Assembly: GCA_963753975.1 (NCBI GenBank)
Contig: CAVWEH010000006.1
Coordinates: 1-64,000, forward strand
Direction: 5' to 3'
DNA length: 64,000 nt
Source: an uncultured delta proteobacterium
GTDB taxonomy: Bacteria > Desulfobacterota > Syntrophia > Syntrophales > Smithellaceae
How positions within the stretch are numbered: the first letter of the stretch is position 1; each line of letters starts with the position of its first letter. Below are positions 49,301-60,200 of this stretch, one piece after another. The position numbers were made by a program, and so were the translations under genes. Under the pieces are notes generated by a model. The model was not told where the DNA came from, searched no databases, and saw nothing but the letters and a program-made list of their open reading frames with translations.

Positions 49301-52300
49301 AATTACCTGGTGGGTCAGCAGGCCTATTGTTCGTGGCGATATAAAACTGAAAGATGGGCAAATCATTTTTCTAAGAAAAATGGCCCGCAAAACCTGGGCA
49401 TTCTTCGAAACATTCGTCGGGCCGGACGATCATTGGCTGCCACCTGATAACTATCAGGAGCATCCCGTTGCCGTAATTGCGCATCGCACATCGCCGACAA
49501 ACATGGGACTGGCACTTGCTGGCAAATTTATCTGCGTATGATTTCGGTTACATTTCGGCTGGAGAATTAATCGAACGCACAGCCGATGCCTTCCAGACGA
49601 TGGGGAAAATGGAACGCTATCGCGGCCACTTTTATAATTGGTACGACACTCAAAGCTTGGCCACACTCCGGCCTCATTACATATCCACTGTGGACAGCGG
49701 AAATCTGAGCGGTCACTTATTAACATTGCGACGGGGATTTATTGATCTTCCCGATCAGAAGATTTGTGGATCTCAATTGTTTGAAGGCATCAACGACACT
49801 GCCACTGTGCCTCCTGGAGGTTGCGGGAGCGGGAGCGCCAAAACAACTTGCCGATTTTCAAAAATATCTGGTCTCATTGCCGGATCCCGGCAAAATGATG
49901 CTTACGCCTTTGCGGCAGCGCCTCGATCATCTCGCGAAGTTTTCTATTGATCTTGCCGGCGCCTTTAACGCAAACACGGAGAGTCATATCATAACGTGGG
50001 TGAAAGTTCTGGTGCATCAATGTGCCGATGCCTTAGAGGAATTTACCTTTTTTTGTCCCTGGATTACGCCTAAATACCCTTCGGCGAGGCTAAGCGAGTT
50101 TTTCGAAACTATGGAAATTCCCTCGCTATGTAAATTGATAACATTCGAAACAGAGCTGCCCCAGGTAATCGAAAATATAATCGGCACAAATACAACTGCC
50201 GAGGAGGCAGCGTGGTTTTCTGATTTTCACAGGAGAATCAAGGAAGTCTCTCAGCGGGCAAGGGAAAGAATAGCGGCAATCAACCGCCTGGTAGCACAGG
50301 CAAATGACTTTGCAGAAATGGATTACAGCTTCCTTTATGACAAAGGTCGTCAGTTGTTGACTATTGGCTATAGCACCACTGAGCGCCGCTGGGACGCAAG
50401 TTACTATGATCTCTTGGCTTCGGAGGCCAGACTTTGCAGTTTCATAGGAATCGCACAGGGGCAGCTGCCCCAGGAGAACTGGTTTGCCCTGGGACGCCTG
50501 CTGACAAATCCGGGAAGATACCCCGTTCTTCTTTCCTGGGACGGTTCAATGTTCGAGTATCTCATGCCGCTTCTGGTGATGCCCAACTATGAAAACACAC
50601 TGTTGGATCAGACGTACACGGCAGCTGTACGCAGGCAGATTGACTATGGAAAATACCGAAGGGTGCCCTGGGGCATTTCAGAATCCGGTTATAGTACAAT
50701 CGATGTCCATCTTAACTACCAGTATCGCGGCTTTGGTGTCCCGGGACTCGGTCTCAAACGAGGGCTTTCCGACGATTTGGTTGTCGCGCCATATGCTTCA
50801 GCACTGGCGCTGATGGTCGCACCGGAAGAGGCCTGCCTGAATTTGCAGCAGCTTGCCCGGAACGGTATGGAAGGATCATATGGTTTCTATGAAGCGATAG
50901 ATTACACATCTTCACGTCTGCCTCGCGGTCAAGCGAGTGTTGTGGTCAGGTCATTTATGGCTCATCACCAGGGAATGAGTTTACTGGCTTTGGCTTATCT
51001 GTTGCTTGATCGTCCGATGCAGAAACGTTTCGAGTCGGATCCGATGTTTCAATCGACAATGCTGCTGCTGCAGGAACGCATTCCCAGGGCTGTGGCGTTC
51101 TATCGGCAAATCGCCGAGGATACTACCATTCGCAAGACTGCGTTAGGTGAGAAGGCCCCGGCTCGCATATTTAAAACTCCGAATACACCCGTACCGGAGG
51201 TACAATTATTGTCCAATGGAAGATACCATGTGATGCTCACCAATGCCGGAGGTGGATATAGCCGCTTTCAGGATTTGGCCGTTACGCGCTGGCGCGAAGA
51301 CTCTACCCGCGACAATTGGGGAACATTTTGTTACATTCGTGACGTGATCAGCGGAGAGTTCTGGTCAACAGCATATCAGCCGACACTAAAACAGCCGGAA
51401 AGATATGAAGCTATTTTCTCTCGACGCCAGGGTTGAGTTTCGGCGTCGGGATAATGAAATCAACACACACACGGAGATAGCCGTATCTCCTGAGGATGAT
51501 ATTGAACTACGACGCATACGTATTACCAACCGTTCACGAAGGCTCAGAGAGATAGATATAACCAGTTATGCGGAAATTGTTCTGGCGGCACCTGCGGCCG
51601 ACGCGTTGCATCCGGCGTTTTCCAATCTTTTTGTTCAAACGGAAATCATCCGCGAGCGCCAGACGATTCTCTGCACCAGAAGGCCCCGTTCAAAAGGTGA
51701 ACCTGCGCACTGGATGTTTCACCTGATGGCATTGCACGGGACGGAGAATAAGGAAGTATCCTATGAAACGGATCGTTTAAAGTTTATCGGTCGTGGAAAT
51801 ACTTTGGCTAATCCGCAGGCGATGAATTGTCTCCGCGGCTATTTCAGAAGCACTTTCGAATACTGAAGGTTCCGTTCTAGATCCCATTGTGGCTATACGT
51901 TGCCGCGTTAAGTTGGATGCGGGAGAATCGGTCACGATTGATATTGTTTCCGGTATCAGTGAAACACGAGATCATGCGCTTAGTCTTGCCGAAAAATATT
52001 CCGATCAACGTCTTGCCGATCGTGTTTTTAATCTGGCCTGGACCCATAGCCAGGTGGTTCTTGCGGCAAATCAATGCCACGGAAGCCGACGCCCAACTTT
52101 ATGGGCGCCTGGCAGGTTCTGTAATTTACAGCAATTCATCGCTGCGCGCTGATCCGAAGATCATTCATAAAAAACCGTCGCGGACAATCGGGTTTATGGG
52201 GTTACGCCATTTCCGGAGATTTGCCCATTGTACTGCTTCAGATCGGCGACCATGCCAATATCGAACTTGTGCGCCAACTCGAACAGGCCCACGCGTACTG

Positions 52301-55068
52301 GCGCTTAAAAGGTCTGGCAGTTGATCTGGTGATCTGGAATGAAGATAATGCCATCTACAGACAATTCCTCAACGACCAGATAAAGGGCATGATTACAGCA
52401 GGAACGGAAGCAAAATGTTATTGACAAACCGGGCGGCATATTTGTCAGGCCCGGTGATCAGATATCCAATGAGGACAGGATTCTTCTGCAAACGGTTGCC
52501 CGTATAGTAATTAAGGACAACTGGGGAACTCTGACGGAACAAATCAACCGTCGTTCTCTTATCGAAGCAGTTGTTCCGCGTTTCAAGCCGACTCGGGCTC
52601 AACATACCGGAATCCGGAAGACAAAGGAAATAACTCACCCCAATAATCTGATCTTTTTAAACGGACTGGGTGGATTTACACCAGACGGACGCGAATATGT
52701 CATTACGACAAAACCCGGCAGTGTGACGCCGGCTCCCTGGGTTAATGTATTGGCTAATCCTCACTTCGGATCATTAATTTCAGAGAGCGGCTCTGCTTCA
52801 ACCTGGAGTGAGAATGCCCATGAGTTCCGCCTTACACCCTGGTACAACGATCCCGTAAGCGATCTGAGCGGAGAAGCCTTCTATATCCGTGATGAAGAAA
52901 CGGGACATTTCTGGTCTCCAACGCCATTGCCCTGCCGCACGGCAACACCCTATATCAGCCGGCACGGATTTGGTTATAGTGTTTTTGAACATAGGGAAGA
53001 GGGAATCTGCTCAGAGTTGTGGATTTATGTGGCCATAGACGCGCCGATCAAGTTTACAGTATTAAAGTTGCGCAATGAATCAGGCCGTTCCCGCAGTCTA
53101 TCGGTTACAGGTTACGTGGAGTGGGTGCTCGGTGATTTGCGGTCAAAAACGATGATGCATGTTACAACCGAAGTCGATACGGGAAGCGGGGCGCTTTTCG
53201 CCCGGAATCAATACAATACGGAATTTGCCGACCGCGTGGTTTTCTTTGATGTGGACGATAAAAATCGGACTCATCACCGGAGATAGAACTGAGTTTATCG
53301 GACGCAATGGTGATCTTATCACAGCCGGCGGCCATGACGCATACGCAACTCTCCGGCAAAGTTGGCGCAGCCCTGGATCCCTGCGCCGCCATCCAGGTGA
53401 ACGTTGAATTGGATGATGGACAGGAACAGGAAACCATCTTCCGGCTGGGTGTTACCGGAAGAAGAGGTGCCGATGACGCCAGTAACACGGTCAAAAGCTT
53501 TAGAGGGTCAACCATTGCTCAAAGCGTTCTTGATGACGTGCAGAAATACTGGAAAAAGACACTGGGTACTATACAGGTAGAAACTCCGGACCCCTCTCTT
53601 AATGTGTTAACCAATGGCTGGCTATTATACCAAACGATATCCTGCCGTCTTTGGGCTCGTAACGGTTATTACCAGTCAGGCGGCGCCTTCGGTTTCCGTG
53701 ACCAGTTACAGGATACGATGGCGCTTGTTTATGCTCAACCGGTTCTTGTCCGTCAACACTTGCTTTTATGCGCGAGCCGTCAATTTCAGGAGGGAGACGT
53801 CCAGCATTGGTGGCATCCGCCTTCGGGAAGGGGTGTGCGCACACAATGTTCTGATGATTATCTGTGGCTGCCTTTAGCCGTGAGTCGCTATATTATCAGC
53901 TACCGGTGATTTGAGCATCTTGAATGAAATCGTCAGATTTATCGAAGGTCGCCCGGTAAGAGCAGATGAGGATTCCTATTACGACCTGCCCGGCGTAACT
54001 GATGAAGCAACCAGTTTATACGATCACTGTACACGAGCCATTAAAAGGGGACTAAGATTCGGCAGTCATGGTCTGCCGCTTATGGGCTCAGGCGATTGGA
54101 ATGATGGCATGAACAAGGTGGGAGCGGGAGGTAAAGGCGAAAGTGTCTGGATGGGATTTTTCCTGTATGACGTGCTAATTAAGTTCGCCGAAATTGCCCG
54201 GATGAAAGGCGATATATCTTTTGCCGAATTATGCAAAAAAGAGGCAGGTAAGTTACAGCGAAGCATTGAGCGCGATGGTTGGGATGGCGAGTGGTACCGC
54301 CGTGCATACTTCGATGACGGATCATTATTGGGATCAGCAACGAACACGGAATGCCGGATTGATTCGATTGCGCAAAGCTGGTCTGTTCTATCAGGAGCCG
54401 GTGCACCTCTCCGCGCAAGGCAAGCTATGGAAGCCGTAGATCGGCTCCTGGTTCACCGGGATCAAAAACTGATCCAATTGCTTGACCCGCCCTTTGATAA
54501 GTCTGAAATGGAACCAGGCTATATTAAAGGTTATGTGCCCGGGGTAAGAGAAAATGGCGGCCAGTACACTCATGCGGCAATCTGGGCGGCCATGGCTTTT
54601 GCCGCTTTACGCGACAATCGGCGCCTATGGGATCTATTGTCTATAATAAATCCGATAAATCATGCCAGATCCCCTGAAGAGGTAGATATCTATAAAGTCG
54701 AGCCTTATGTTGTTGCTTCCGATGTCTATGCTCTGGCTCCGCATGTCGGCCGTGGCGGCTGGACATGGTTTACCGGTTCTGCTGCCTGGATGTACCGGCT
54801 TATCCTGGAATCACTGCTGGGAATGTCGATGAACATGGACAAAATTACTTTTGAGCCCTGCATCCCCCTGGATTGGGAAGAGTTCAAAATTCGTTATGTG
54901 TTCCGGGAGACCACCTATAAGATCGCTGTGCGGCAAACTCATGACGCAATTGAAGAAGTGAGTGTCACCCTGGATGGTTTCGCCAGACCAGACCGGACGA
55001 TACAACTGGTTAATGATCGTCAGGAACATTTAGTCGAGGTGAGAATAACGGCCTCGAGATCATCATGA
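46309..55068 (+). CDS. ndvB: Cyclic beta-1,2-glucan synthase (Cgs/NdvB; GT84 plus GH94), fragmented by about 15 frameshifts
   Basis: Consecutive ORFs give EWLLDNFY, LGELWAIPIMLR, GYERKRGK, LSHDLIEG, RWIRGDWQ, YDLLASEARL, PWGISES, YQSGGAFGFRDQLQD, GDWNDGMN, RENGGQYTH. Confidence 0.9.
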
Positions 55069-55103
55069 AGGTGATCAAATATTTACGACCTGGAGCGGTT
55101 CCT

Positions 55104-55228
55104 ATGCCAGTTCTAAATCAAAGATGATATCGCGGCGGTAAGGAGGAGGCGACGAGACGTATTTTACATACGTTGAGGAAGCCGACGACGAAGCCAACAA
55201 AGATAGCGCTTTGATTTCGAATTGGCAT
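55104..55228. mobile_element. Family-C MITE-like palindromic element
   Basis: Imperfect 20-bp TIRs ATGCCAGTTCTAAATCAAAG / CTTTGATTTCGAATTGGCAT; non-coding; between convergent genes. Confidence 0.7.
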
Positions 55229-56331
55229 TATAGGATGGTTCTGCGTCCGTTATACCTTTCCGTATCGTAATACTTTTCTACATCCACCAAGTTTAATTTA
55301 TTGATAACTTCTTTCAGGGGTACGCCGGTAATTTCTCCGCGCGAAAGAGAAACCATGCGTCCGAAATCCTCTTTGATAATCATGTCCACAGCGGCAATGC
55401 CGAACCATCTGGCCATCAGGCGATCGTGGGCGGAAGGTGATCCGCCGCGCTGGAGATGGCTCAGGATTATGTGGCGTGATTCAAACCCGGTTTTGCGTTC
55501 AATTTCAGTGGCGACGTAACTGGCAATTCCGCCAATCGACTCATGCCCGAAATCGTCTAAATGACTATCCTTGGTAAATTCCCGCCCTCCTGCGGGCCTG
55601 GCCGCTTCGGCAACCACAATAATGGAATAGTTGATTTCACGACCGTGCCTCTGGCGCAAAAGTTCACATACACGTTCCATCTCGAAAGGACATTCCGGTA
55701 TCAAAATAATATACGCTCCGCTGCATTCTCCACCGTGGAGAGCAAGCCAGCCGGCATGGCGTCCCATTGTTTCCACAACAAAAATACGGCCATGGGAACC
55801 GGCGGTTGTTCTCAGCCGGTCGATTTCTTCCATAATGACGTTAACCGCAGTATCAAAGCCGAGCGAATATTCAGTTCCCATAAGATCGTTGTCGATTGTC
55901 TTGGGGATACCCACTGTTTTGATACCCAGCTTATGTAATTTATAAGCGACACCCAGAGTATCTTCGCCGCCGATGACAACAAGCGCGTCAATTCCTAACT
56001 TTTTGATGTTATCAATTAGCTTCGCCGAACGGTCATTTTGGGGATTAAACGGATTTGTCCGTGATGTTCCCAGGTTTGTTCCTCCGTAACGATCCCATGT
56101 CCGGACGACCTCTTCGTCTAAATGTTTGATATACTTCTCGCAGCTTTTCGGATCGTCGGGATCAACCTCGATGATGCCCTTCCAGCCCTGAGTAATGCCA
56201 AGAACTTCAAATGAAATAGTACGATTTCCCGCAATTCTTGGATCAACTGCGCTTTTCGTTATCCACTTGATCGCGCCATTGAGTCCCGGGCAATCTCCTC
56301 CGCCTGTTAATATGGCTATTTTCATTTTCAT
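55228..56331 (-). CDS. 6-phosphofructokinase, probably PPi-dependent
   Basis: LTGGGDCPGLN, GGEDT, PKTIDND, ETMGRHAGW, HLQRGG. Confidence 0.92.
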   Translation of the reverse strand: MKMKIAILTGGGDCPGLNGAIKWITKSAVDPRIAGNRTISFEVLGITQGWKGIIEVDPDDPKSCEKYIKHLDEEVVRTWDRYGGTNLGTSRTNPFNPQNDRSAKLIDNIKKLGIDALVVIGGEDTLGVAYKLHKLGIKTVGIPKTIDNDLMGTEYSLGFDTAVNVIMEEIDRLRTTAGSHGRIFVVETMGRHAGWLALHGGECSGAYIILIPECPFEMERVCELLRQRHGREINYSIIVVAEAARPAGGREFTKDSHLDDFGHESIGGIASYVATEIERKTGFESRHIILSHLQRGGSPSAHDRLMARWFGIAAVDMIIKEDFGRMVSLSRGEITGVPLKEVINKLNLVDVEKYYDTERYNGRRTIL

Positions 56332-56346
56332 AATTTTCTTCCCTCC

Positions 56347-56545
56347 CTGCGTTCTGGGAATTTGGGTCTCATTACAATATCGTCCCACTTAGCTTCGCAC
56401 GTGGGATAATTTCCGATAGCCACCGGCTATTGATACCACTGTATGCTTTGCATACAGGATAATTCCATTTGCGCTTCAAATTTCGTTTCACTCATTTTCA
56501 GCGAATGTCATTAATTCGGCTAACAAACTTCTATTCGCTTCGCTT
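56347..56545 (-). repeat. Family-A repeat fragments, inverted orientation
   Basis: Reverse complement gives GTAATGAGACCCAAATTCCCAGAACG and GCGAATAGAAGTTTGTTAGCCGAATT (25/26 with 1719-1744). Confidence 0.75.
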
Positions 56546-56559
56546 TGCTGTGTTTTTTG

Positions 56560-56724
56560 CCTTGTCAGGTCAATGCTGACGTCATCGAAAAACTGAACGT
56601 TCAAGATGTAGCTCTGACCTTTGATACCTGTGAAACCACAACTCCTTCGCACTTCGATGATAAGATCCTGTCATGTATTTCAGCTTTCAGAGCCCCGGAC
56701 GCTTTAATGCTTCCCCCGGGCAAA
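56560..56724 (+). pseudogene. Polysaccharide-deacetylase-like fragment joined to a duplicated piece of the LOG gene
   Basis: DVALTFDTCE...FDDKIL resembles a NodB N-terminus; 56677-56724 repeats 56893-56940 with 4 mismatches. Confidence 0.45.
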
Positions 56725-56789
56725 GTGTGGTGTCGATTTCAAGCTGCCGGGTTCAGCATTTCTCCTTCGACCAGAGGCATATCGAAAGG

Positions 56790-57821
56790 TTAAAAATCAT
56801 TGATCGAATCAATAAGATTTCTGAGCCTGCCGAAATCCCTGCGGTTAAAATCTATCACCAGTCGCGGCAGATGAATAAGATCCTCATCATCCATTTCAGC
56901 TTTCAAAGCCCCGGACGCTGTGATACTTCCCCCGGGCAAAAGGATGTCATGAAACTGATCTGTCAGCTTCCCGATATCATCGGGGCTGAGCTCAGATGTG
57001 AGCCGGATCACCAGTTGGCCATGCACATACCGGATGCTGTGATAGCGGCGATAGAAATGCTGAATCTTCTCCACCGCATCATCCACGGAGCATACTCTTT
57101 CAAAGAGCGCAAAGTCCGACGGGCAAATATAGTTGCGAGCCAGTAGCTCTTCCTCGAAGAGCTTGATCATGTGGGACCAGTATGAACATTCCGGATCATC
57201 CACGAGCACAAGCGGCATGGGATTGCGTTTGCCGGTTTGCAGCAGGGTGAGCGTCTCCATCGCCTCATCGAGCGTGCCGAAACCGCCCGGAAAGAGCGCC
57301 ACGGCGTCAGCTTCTTTAAGGAAGGCAACTTTGCGGTTGAAAAAATATTTGTACGTGATGAACCGCGGGTTGCCCTCGATCACGGCATTCGGCTTCTGCT
57401 CGAACGGCAAGCGGATGTTCACACCGAAGGAATGCTCGGAACCGGCTCCCTCGTTGACGGCCTGCATGATGCCTTCTCCCCCGCCGGTGATGACCATGTA
57501 ACCCGCCTCAGCGAGCTTTTTCCCGAAGAGCTTTGCCATCTCGTATAGCGGATCGCCCGGCTGGGTACGCGCCGAGCCGAAGACCGTGACCTTGCGAACG
57601 TTCTGGTAGGGGCCGAAGACCTTGGAAGTAAATCGCATCTCCTTGAGCGTCGTGTTCATGAGCTTGAGGTCCGCGCTCTCGTCATCCTCCTGCCCGGCTT
57701 TGAGCGAGGCGATAATCATTTCGCGGACGTATTTTGGCCTCCGGATTCCCTCGGCGGTCTCCATCAATTGGTCGATAATCTCGTCGATGGGGCCGTTATC
57801 TTTGTCGAAATAAATTTTCAT
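56790..57821 (-). CDS. LOG / lysine-decarboxylase-like family protein
   Basis: VTVFGSAR, TGGGEGIM, YFFNRK, FPGGFGTLDE. Confidence 0.9.
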   Translation of the reverse strand: MKIYFDKDNGPIDEIIDQLMETAEGIRRPKYVREMIIASLKAGQEDDESADLKLMNTTLKEMRFTSKVFGPYQNVRKVTVFGSARTQPGDPLYEMAKLFGKKLAEAGYMVITGGGEGIMQAVNEGAGSEHSFGVNIRLPFEQKPNAVIEGNPRFITYKYFFNRKVAFLKEADAVALFPGGFGTLDEAMETLTLLQTGKRNPMPLVLVDDPECSYWSHMIKLFEEELLARNYICPSDFALFERVCSVDDAVEKIQHFYRRYHSIRYVHGQLVIRLTSELSPDDIGKLTDQFHDILLPGGSITASGALKAEMDDEDLIHLPRLVIDFNRRDFGRLRNLIDSINDF

Positions 57822-58145
57822 AACTTCTCTCCGTTTTCCTACCTGCACTGCTGAAATGATTGTTATAAAGTAAGCATTCTATTGTTCATTGTCGAGAAAG
57901 ATGAAGGATTTTGTCTTACGCTGGCAGTTCACTTTCTTCATGTTAATTTCATCATCCGGTAATAATAATGTAACAATAAAAGAGATAATATCAATCCCTG
58001 CCGGACGATGTTATTTCCCTCATCCATTGTCATTATAAGTGAGTATCGTTCGACAGCGTCCGCCGAACCATCAGGACCGTTGACTGCATAACTGCCTTAG
58101 GTCTGACAGTACGACGGTATAAGTAAGAAAAAATGGAGGTTATTT

Positions 58146-59012
58146 ATGAATGCACTGGCATTACAGGAGATGCCGCAGATACAAAAAGAGCGTGTAATCG
58201 GCGAGATATTAGTGAGCCCCTATCGTCTGTTGCTCGACGAATTCGAACCCAAAATAAGGATTAATATTGAGCGGGATGATTATATTATCAAAACTGCCGA
58301 AACCGGCGCCGAACTGGAAGAAACGCTCCGCCTCCGGCACGATGTTTTTTATAAGGAGCTCATCGGGAAGAAACTTCCCTATGAAATTGACATTGACCGC
58401 TTCGATACCCGTTGTGACCACCTGATTCTTGTCGATCGGAAGACGGAGGACATCGTCGGCACCTACCGGCTGATCGCCAGCACCTTTTCCCCGGATTTCT
58501 ACTCCGAAGGCGAATTCGATCTTTATGACATCAAACGTCTGGACGGCGTCAAGCTCGAATTGGGAAGAGCCTGTATCGAAAAGGGCTACCGGAACGGACA
58601 GACCATCGTGCTGCTCTGGCAGGGATTGAATGAATATATGAATAAAATCCAGGCGAAATATCTCTTCGGCTGTGCGAGCGTTAAAACCACTGATTCCATA
58701 AAAATCGCGGTATTGCAGCGCTACGTCCAACAATACCACTATACCCAACCGCACATCCGTGTGACGCCAAATAAGAAATATCGTATAAAGGATCTCGCAC
58801 ATATCGTCAGCGTTCTCGAGCAGAACACCGCAAACGAAAAAAAGACGGCGAGGCTTATCCCGAACCTCCTCAACTCCTATCTGGCGCTCGGCGCTCTGAT
58901 ATGCGGAGAGCCGGCCTACGATCCTGAGTTCAAGTGTATGGATTACCTGACCATCCTCGATGTAGAGGCGATGAACCAGCGCTATCTCAACAAACTGTTA
59001 AGTACTTGTTAA
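58146..59012 (+). CDS. GNAT N-acyltransferase, OlsB-like
   Basis: LRLRHDVF, DRFDTRCDHL, VGTYRL, YSEGEF, LELGRAC, YLFGCAS, PAYDPEF. Confidence 0.82.
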   Translation: MNALALQEMPQIQKERVIGEILVSPYRLLLDEFEPKIRINIERDDYIIKTAETGAELEETLRLRHDVFYKELIGKKLPYEIDIDRFDTRCDHLILVDRKTEDIVGTYRLIASTFSPDFYSEGEFDLYDIKRLDGVKLELGRACIEKGYRNGQTIVLLWQGLNEYMNKIQAKYLFGCASVKTTDSIKIAVLQRYVQQYHYTQPHIRVTPNKKYRIKDLAHIVSVLEQNTANEKKTARLIPNLLNSYLALGALICGEPAYDPEFKCMDYLTILDVEAMNQRYLNKLLSTC

Positions 59013-59051
59013 TGCACGGCAATCACGAGCACCAGGAAAAAGGTACTGATC

Positions 59052-60077
59052 ATGCGCAATTTTTTTAATGCCTTGCGCTTTATTATCGGTTGTCGGTTTC
59101 CTTGCGATGAGAATATCGACGTGTTCAATATCGTGCTGCCGATAGGCGGGGATTTCCTGAATGCCTTTGTTTATCAAAAGGCGGACGGCAAGTCCCGAGG
59201 GGCCATCCTGGCCATTCACGGCATGTCAGCGCAGGGAAATCGTGATCCCCGGTTTGTAACAGTTTGTAAAGCTCTGGCACATTGCGGGTATATAATCGTC
59301 TCTCCCTTATACCCCGATATCGAGGGATTCCTGATTAAAGAGGAAACTGTGTACGTGATCGCCAAAACTATTCAGAGTCTCGCGGAAAATGCAACCCTCT
59401 GCCCTTCAGGAAAGATTTCCATCTTTGCTCCTTCCTTTTCGGCCGGCCTCGCTATCATTGCCGCTTCCAGACCGGAAACAAGGGAACTGGTGAGAGCCAT
59501 CTGTGCGATTGGAACCTACAGCAATGTAGAAACGTCGGTGGAATTTCTCCTGTCCGAGCAGGATAATGACGAATATGCGCGACTTATTATCCTGCGCAAT
59601 TTTATGCATCATTCGATTGGCCCAAGCAACGATCTCTCTCACGCTTTGCGTGTTGCCATCCTCGACAATGGGAATTGTCGAGAGAACCCGGAACTCCCTC
59701 AACTCCTCCGCACACTACCGCGCAACGTGCGACGAATATTTACCCGACTGCAGAGAGAATCTTCCTATCGCTGGTATCACTGGAAGAGGATTTGCTCCCC
59801 AGCGAAGGGTGTTAACGACATGTTGAAACGACTATCAACAGTGTCAACAATCGATTCGTTGAAAGCGGCAGTCGCCCTGGTTCATGGAGCCGACGACCGG
59901 GTAATCCCGCCCACAGAATCGGTTATCCTGCACCGCCGTTTGCAGGAGGAAAATAAGCTCTCCAGACTTTCACTCACCCCGGCGATCTCCCACGGAGATA
60001 CCACCCTGACTGCAAGCATGATCCCCGCACTCTTCGACTTGGCCGGCACTTTCGCGTTTTTCTTCAAACACGCCTGA
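59052..60077 (+). CDS. Alpha/beta-hydrolase fold protein
   Basis: IHGMS, APSFSAG (atypical nucleophile elbow), VHGADDRVIP, ISHG. Confidence 0.7.
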   Translation: MRNFFNALRFIIGCRFPCDENIDVFNIVLPIGGDFLNAFVYQKADGKSRGAILAIHGMSAQGNRDPRFVTVCKALAHCGYIIVSPLYPDIEGFLIKEETVYVIAKTIQSLAENATLCPSGKISIFAPSFSAGLAIIAASRPETRELVRAICAIGTYSNVETSVEFLLSEQDNDEYARLIILRNFMHHSIGPSNDLSHALRVAILDNGNCRENPELPQLLRTLPRNVRRIFTRLQRESSYRWYHWKRICSPAKGVNDMLKRLSTVSTIDSLKAAVALVHGADDRVIPPTESVILHRRLQEENKLSRLSLTPAISHGDTTLTASMIPALFDLAGTFAFFFKHA

Positions 60078-60200
60078 TTGTTCCATAGCCGTCGCGGGTA
60101 TATCCGCGAGCTCACTTTTTTCGCGATATTTTTGCCGGATTGTAACAGTGACTTAACAAAAAAATGCTAACACGAGACACCGTTTTTTGTATAAGAATAT

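Noticed and set aside
46309..55068. Programmed frameshifting or stop-codon recoding in ndvB
   Set aside because: Too many sites, no shared slippery motif, and the breaks are frame changes rather than in-frame TGA/TAG.
56677..56940. Possible DGR template/variable repeat pair
   Set aside because: The mismatches are not adenine-specific, are mostly synonymous, and there is no reverse transcriptase in the window.
58042..58120. Imperfect long hairpin upstream of the GNAT gene
   Set aside because: Pairing is weak, it is single copy, and no riboswitch consensus is recognisable.
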